Positions 57,501 to 61,785 of a stretch of 61,785 nt of DNA are shown here, piece by piece (position 1 is the first letter of the stretch; each line of letters begins with the position of its first letter). Source of the DNA: a virus (taxonomy: Duplodnaviria; Caudoviricetes). The notes under the pieces were generated by a model. That model did no database searches and was not told the origin of the DNA. It worked only from the letters and a program-made list of their open reading frames with translations. The stretch covers positions 1 through 61,785 of IMG/VR virus record IMGVR_UViG_3300027816_000110. One strand, written 5' to 3'. A program made the position numbers and the translations under genes.

Positions 57501-57733
57501 GTACATACAGAGAATCTGGCGTTATAGGATCCATGTATTTTAATAGAACTTTAGAAGATTGGGCTAGGTTTAATATAAACGATAGAACGAAGCACGATGC
57601 CACGATTAGTTCTGGTTTAGCACTAATGGCGATCAAGCGTTACATGTTTTTACCAGAGAGAAAAGAATCAAAAATAAGTATTAAATTTGTAAAATACGAT
57701 AATCGTGGAAGCAGAAGCGAAATAATAAAATAA
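54524..57733 (+). CDS. terL: Terminase large subunit containing an intein
   Basis: KNRRSGFS Walker A, LVHDE Walker B, MGST, GCDP, AENN and HDATIS nuclease motifs. Confidence 0.92.
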   Translation: MENSLYTIVNNHIHKTALTTKNAKKSWTYGYHPDYDLVVISRDGTIGEIYDINGVKIALPSEPSSLHKGSNKWVAEEYPSELQKIKTVFDWNRKDNTFKSKYVDYIEQEFDRRDYGHWFMNNGKPTYITGTHYMYLQWTKIDIGLPEFRESNRIFYIYWEACKADNRSFGMCYLKNRRSGFSFMSSAEVCNTATLAKDARVGILSKTGSDAKKMFTDKVVPIVRNYPFFFKPIQDGMDNPKTELAFRVPASKITRRNMDEEKTEDIEGLDTTIDWKNTADNSYDGEKLLMLVHDECYDPETNILMSDFKFKKIKDINIGDKVIVEGGIIKTVVKKTSGITEKYLVSQPYAKDYVVTKNHRLLFNSYGKGEVIMTPEEYINSSNCLKRHITRVASKGIESEDCFDGIPPYLLGLWLGDGRSNSFTILVNKTEEPEILDYLGKMSLMMNIDFELKKSTSDKIVEFSFKGINKELKKINVYKNKHIPEDYIKSSIESRLQLLAGIIETDGYCDKKKKSIEIGMSRKDLVEQIRFIALSCGLSCSNISHKKSNYDTDVYRIFISGDLSIIPLLTAKKSFEGYQPKTKGRRNKVSVSHIGLGEYVGIQVDAENDNERKLILDDFTLSMNSGKWEKPENILNNWRVTKTCLRLGAKIVGKCMMGSTSNALPKGGQNFKDLYYDSSISKRSANHQTKSGLYSLFIPMEWNVEGYIDEFGWPVFTDPSKPVKGIDGEMITQGVITWWENEVAALKSDADALNEFYRQYPRTESHAFRDESKHSLFNLTKIYQQIDYNDSLIKEKFLTRGYFHWKNGEVDSEVIWTPDPKGRFIVSWIPNQELRNRKIVRNGKFYPGNESLGAFGCDPYDISGVVGGGGSNGALHGVTSFHMEQNVPCNEFFLEYIARPQTAEIFFEDVLMACVFYGMPILAENNKARLLYHFKNRGYRAYSMNRPDKHQSKLSKTEIEIGGIPNSSEDMRQAHASVINTYIEEHVGFDNEGTYRESGVIGSMYFNRTLEDWARFNINDRTKHDATISSGLALMAIKRYMFLPERKESKISIKFVKYDNRGSRSEIIK
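55409..56395 (+). mobile_element. Intein with LAGLIDADG homing endonuclease (329 aa)
   Basis: HDE|CYDPET ... LSMN|SGKW junctions; LLGLWLGDG and LLAGIIETDG motifs; more AT-rich than flanks. Confidence 0.92.
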
Positions 57734-60165
57734 TGGAGAAAAAACCATCAGTTATAATTTACCCAGGTCAATTTCCCAATGCGTTGGTCCCAGATGAGGA
57801 GAAGCAAACCATTGAATACGGCCTAAGGGTCGGAAAGGCTATAGAGGGTGAATGGTTTAAGAGAAAAAACAACACATGTCGATTTTACGATCAATGGGGA
57901 GAGTATCATCGATTGAGGTTATATGCTCGTGGTGAACAGCCAGTACAAAAGTATAAGGATGAGTTAGCTATAAATGGCGACATGTCTATGCTTAATTTAG
58001 ACTGGACTCCAATTCCTATTATACCTAAGTTTGTTGATATCGTTGTTAATGGAATGAACGATAGGCTTTTTAAAATAAAGGCCGAAGCTCAAGACGTAAT
58101 GTCTGCTGAGAAAAAGAGTTTATTTCAAGATATGATAGAGGCTGATATGGTCGCTAAAGATTTTCTTGAGTTGACAAAAGAAGAATACGGTATAGACGCT
58201 TATAATGTAGATCCAGAAGAACTTCCAGAAAATGATGAAGAGCTTTCTCTGTATATGCAGATGAAGTACAAGCCGTCTATAGAAATAGCAGAAGAGATTG
58301 CTATTGACACTGTTCTTAAGATGAACGACTATCTTGAGTTAAAGAGATTGTTTGACTACGATATGACTACTCTTGGTGTAGGCGTTATGAGACACACGTT
58401 CTTAATTAATGACGGTGTTAAGATTGATTACGTAGATCCAGCTAACTGGATTCATAGCTATACAGAGAAGCCAGACTTTTCTGACTGTTATTATTTTGGA
58501 GAAGTAAAACAAGTACACTATACTGAGTTATTAAAGATAAACCCAAATCTAACTAAAGAAGAACTAGAAGAAATAAAGAACGCTAGTTCTGCTTGGTATG
58601 ACTACTTTCCAATCATCAGACAGTATCAAGACGACGCATTTTTGAATGAGGTCGTTACACTATTGTATTTTAACTACAAGACAGACATGCGTTTTGTCTG
58701 GAAGAAAAAATTGTTAGAAAATGGTGGTGAGAGAGTAATAAGAAAAGACGGAAACTTCAATCCTCCTGTTGAGGAAGGAATGATGTTTGAAAGAGTAGAA
58801 GCTGTAAGGGACGCATGGTATGAAGGTATATTGGTAGGAGGTACCAATATATTAGTCAAATGGGAACTGATGAAGAATATGGTGCGACCTAAATCTGCTA
58901 CACAAAAGGCGTTGCCTAATTATGTTGCCTATGCACCTAGGATGTATAAAGGCAACATAGAATCTCTTGTGAGAAGGATGATACCTTTTGCTGATCAGAT
59001 ACAGCTAACACATTTAAAGTTACAGCAAGTTATGGCTCGCGTTGTTCCAGACGGTGTATTCATAGATGCTGATGGTATAAATGAAGTTGATCTTGGCACT
59101 GGCGCTGCTTATAACCCAGAGGATGCTCTTAAGCTTTATTTCCAAACTGGTAGTGTTATTGGTAGAAGCTATACACAAGATGGCGAGTTTAATAACGGAA
59201 GAGTTCCTATACAAGAGTTAAGTTCAAATAGTGGTCAATCAAAAATGGCCGCATTGATCAACGTATATAATTACAATCTGAATATGATCAGAGACGTGAC
59301 AGGAATAAATGAAGCTAGAGATGCTTCAACTCCTAGTCCAGATGCTCTTGTTGGTGTTCAGAAACTAGCTGCACTAAACAGCAACACAGCCACTAGACAC
59401 ATACTTACCGCTGGTTTAAACGTAACAAAAAGAATGGCTGAATGTATATCAATAAGAATAGCTGACATACTTGAATATGCTGACTTCGCTGAAGATTTTG
59501 CGATGCAGATAGGAAAGTACAATGTAGCTATACTTGAGGATATCAAAGATTTATATTTACACAACTTCGGTATTTTTATTGAGCTAGCTCCAGATGAAGA
59601 AGAAAAACAACGCCTTGAGGCAAATATTCAAATCGCACTTCAGCAACAAACCATTGATCTGGAAGATGCTATTGATATTAGAATGGTTAGCAATATTAAG
59701 TTGGCTAATGAGCTACTTAAAATGAAGAGAAAGAAGAGGATAGAACAGCAACAAAAACAAAAGGAGATGGAGTTTAGAATGCAAATGCAGTCAAACATTC
59801 AGTCTCAACAAGCTGCTGCTGAATCAAAAGCTCAACTTGTTCAGATGGAAGCTCAAGCCAAAATACAGTTACGTCAAGCAGAGATGCAATTTGCTGTACA
59901 ACAGTTACAAGCAGAGGCAGATCTTAAGCGTCAGTTGATGGATCAAGAGTTCCAATACAACATGCAATTAAAAGGCATGGAGGCAGAGCAATTGAAAAAG
60001 AGAGAGGAAGATAAGGAGAAGGCTAAAGACAAACGTATTGACATACAAGCTAGCAGACAGTCTGAGCTGATTAACCAGAGAAAGAACAATCTACCTCCTA
60101 TGGATTTCGAATCAAATGAAGATTCATTAGATGGTTTTGATTTGGATTCATTTGAACCTAGATAA
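57733..60165 (+). CDS. Portal protein
   Basis: LRLYARGEQ, NLDWTP.PIIPKFVDIVVNG, IRDVTGINEARD; Gln-rich crown. Confidence 0.88.
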   Translation: MEKKPSVIIYPGQFPNALVPDEEKQTIEYGLRVGKAIEGEWFKRKNNTCRFYDQWGEYHRLRLYARGEQPVQKYKDELAINGDMSMLNLDWTPIPIIPKFVDIVVNGMNDRLFKIKAEAQDVMSAEKKSLFQDMIEADMVAKDFLELTKEEYGIDAYNVDPEELPENDEELSLYMQMKYKPSIEIAEEIAIDTVLKMNDYLELKRLFDYDMTTLGVGVMRHTFLINDGVKIDYVDPANWIHSYTEKPDFSDCYYFGEVKQVHYTELLKINPNLTKEELEEIKNASSAWYDYFPIIRQYQDDAFLNEVVTLLYFNYKTDMRFVWKKKLLENGGERVIRKDGNFNPPVEEGMMFERVEAVRDAWYEGILVGGTNILVKWELMKNMVRPKSATQKALPNYVAYAPRMYKGNIESLVRRMIPFADQIQLTHLKLQQVMARVVPDGVFIDADGINEVDLGTGAAYNPEDALKLYFQTGSVIGRSYTQDGEFNNGRVPIQELSSNSGQSKMAALINVYNYNLNMIRDVTGINEARDASTPSPDALVGVQKLAALNSNTATRHILTAGLNVTKRMAECISIRIADILEYADFAEDFAMQIGKYNVAILEDIKDLYLHNFGIFIELAPDEEEKQRLEANIQIALQQQTIDLEDAIDIRMVSNIKLANELLKMKRKKRIEQQQKQKEMEFRMQMQSNIQSQQAAAESKAQLVQMEAQAKIQLRQAEMQFAVQQLQAEADLKRQLMDQEFQYNMQLKGMEAEQLKKREEDKEKAKDKRIDIQASRQSELINQRKNNLPPMDFESNEDSLDGFDLDSFEPR

Positions 60166-60166
60166 T

Positions 60167-60382
60167 ATGAGAAATAGTAAAATAAAAGTAAAACCTTTTG
60201 CTTCTGGTGTATCTTCACCAGGATCTGGTTATGATATTAGTGCTGGAGCTTCAGCATCAAGAGGACCGTTATCTGTATCTACGTCTATGTCTAAAGGATC
60301 TGAGTATCCTGCTGAATTTAATATTGAGGCAAGTGTATACGTACCTATAACTAAAAAGGTTAAGCATAAAACTAAATTATAG
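60167..60382 (+). CDS. Small hypothetical protein
   Basis: ATG 60167 directly after the portal stop. Confidence 0.4.
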   Translation: MRNSKIKVKPFASGVSSPGSGYDISAGASASRGPLSVSTSMSKGSEYPAEFNIEASVYVPITKKVKHKTKL

Positions 60383-60517
60383 CTTTTCCAAAAAATGAAT
60401 AGCCGCCAAAATTGTAAAAATTCATGCATTTTGGCGAATTATAATGTAAAAAATATTATGCATTTAATCGGATTTTAACCGATTATGCATATTAAATTAT
60501 GTGTAAAATATAATTAT

Positions 60518-60525
60518 TAACTTTG
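60518..60525 (+). promoter_or_regulatory. Bacteroidota -7 promoter element TAACTTTG
   Basis: TAnnTTTG before scaffold and MCP. Confidence 0.65.
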
Positions 60526-60544
60526 TAAAAATAAATTAAATAAA

Positions 60545-61630
60545 ATGGAAGGAGAATTTAAAGTAAGAGCCGTTGAATTCGAAGAGAAGTCAAAGGTTGA
60601 AATTGAAGAGCAACTATTAAAGGAGCACGAGGATAAGTTAAACGAAGAGCAAACTGAAACGCCAGAACAAACTTCTACAGAACCAACTCCTACTCCAGAG
60701 ATTGATGATAACATCGTTCTTTCACATATTAAGACAAGGTACAACAGAGAGATCAGCTCTTTGGATGAGTTATTCGAACAGAGAAATCAGAACGAAGAAC
60801 TTCCAGAAGATGTAGCTGCATTTCTTAAGTACAAAAAAGAGACTGGAAGAAACATCGATGACTTTATTAAATTAAATAAAGATTATTCGAATGCTGATCC
60901 AGACACGCTACTTTTTGAGTTCTATAAAGAACAAAACCCAGACCTAGATCCAGATGATGTTAAATTTGAGATAGGTCTTAAGTTTGGTTACGATGAGGAC
61001 CTTGATGACGAAAAAGAAATCAAGCAAAAAAAATTAGCGTTTAAAAAAGAACTTACTAAAGCTAAGAAACATTTCGATGAGCAGAAGGAGCAATATAAAA
61101 TGCCGCTTGAGTCAAGGGCTACATTTGTTCCAGATGAAGAAAAGGAATCATACGAAAGCTTTAAGAGTTATAGAGAAACCGCTTCTAAACATGAGGAGGA
61201 GCAAGCGAAACGGTCGAAGTTTTTTGCTGACAAAACTTCTGAATTGTTTTCTGATAAATTCGAAGGTTTCGGATTCAATATCGATGAAAGCAATAAGATG
61301 GTATATAAACCAGCAGATGCTAATACCCTTATTAAGGAACAGTCAAACATTATGGACTTTATATCAAAGTTTTTAAATGAAGATGGTTACCTTAAAGACG
61401 CTGAGGCCTTTCATAAAGCTATAGCAGTGGCAAACAACCCAGACAAATTTGCTAAGTACTTTTATGAAAAAGGAAAAGCAGAGGCTGTAGGTGATATTGC
61501 TAAAGAGTCTAAAAATATTGATATGACTCGAACGGCACCGACACCAACGCCAAAACAGGGTACACAGGTCAGAGTTATAGATGAAGAACGCGGTAATAGA
61601 TTAATTATTAGAAAACCGTTTAAAAACTAA
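60545..61630 (+). CDS. Putative capsid scaffolding protein
   Basis: Acidic, helical; lies between portal and MCP. Confidence 0.65.
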   Translation: MEGEFKVRAVEFEEKSKVEIEEQLLKEHEDKLNEEQTETPEQTSTEPTPTPEIDDNIVLSHIKTRYNREISSLDELFEQRNQNEELPEDVAAFLKYKKETGRNIDDFIKLNKDYSNADPDTLLFEFYKEQNPDLDPDDVKFEIGLKFGYDEDLDDEKEIKQKKLAFKKELTKAKKHFDEQKEQYKMPLESRATFVPDEEKESYESFKSYRETASKHEEEQAKRSKFFADKTSELFSDKFEGFGFNIDESNKMVYKPADANTLIKEQSNIMDFISKFLNEDGYLKDAEAFHKAIAVANNPDKFAKYFYEKGKAEAVGDIAKESKNIDMTRTAPTPTPKQGTQVRVIDEERGNRLIIRKPFKN

Positions 61631-61635
61631 AAAAA

Positions 61636-61785
61636 ATGGCTGGTACATTACAAGCGAGTCCTGGTGTAGCAATTACACCTAGCTCAGTGAAGGCTACGTT
61701 GCCTTCAAACTACATTACAAACTTTGATTTCTTGAATCAGTATCTTCCTGATACTTATGAGCAAGAATTCGAGCGTTATGGAAAC
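61636..61785 (+). CDS. Major capsid protein (partial, N-terminal 50 aa)
   Basis: MAGTLQASPG...NQYLPDTYEQEFERYGN, runs off the window; follows the scaffold. Confidence 0.75.
   Translation, partial: MAGTLQASPGVAITPSSVKATLPSNYITNFDFLNQYLPDTYEQEFERYGN

Noticed and set aside
1-61785. Stop-codon reassignment as in some crAss-like phages
   Set aside because: Long genes are intact under code 11, all three stops are used, and no suppressor tRNA was seen

Overview
The window is an apparently near-complete genome of a tailed dsDNA phage of Bacteroidota. Host assignment rests on recurring TAnnTTTG promoters, a BT4734/VirE-type primase, a DUF3127-type SSB and a BACON-like domain. It begins just after, and ends 150 nt inside, the major capsid gene, so the genome is probably circularly permuted with only most of the MCP missing. 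The + strand (1-21055 and 39700-61785) carries a crAss-like podoviral structural module: terminase with an intein, portal, scaffold, MCP, ring/muzzle proteins, ejection proteins and a 3666-aa polyvalent protein. It also carries GroEL/GroES, lysis genes and duplicated fibre-like modules. The - strand (21060-39040) carries early and replication genes: primase-helicase, SF2 helicase, exonuclease, SSB, phosphoesterase and an ABC-ATPase/GNAT fusion. No DNA polymerase or virion RNA polymerase was recognised. The most striking signal is non-coding. The early leftward operon is punctuated by three type I hammerhead ribozymes and one mini tRNA-like element, each 22-24 nt upstream of a start codon. The hammerheads share interchangeable stem I ends, which could yield processed or even circular mRNAs. 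A second ncRNA cluster (31.9-32.6 kb) holds two tRNA-like RNAs with remodelled anticodon arms. An inverted-iteron origin candidate lies at 35.8-36.06 kb. All family assignments come from motif recognition, not database searches.
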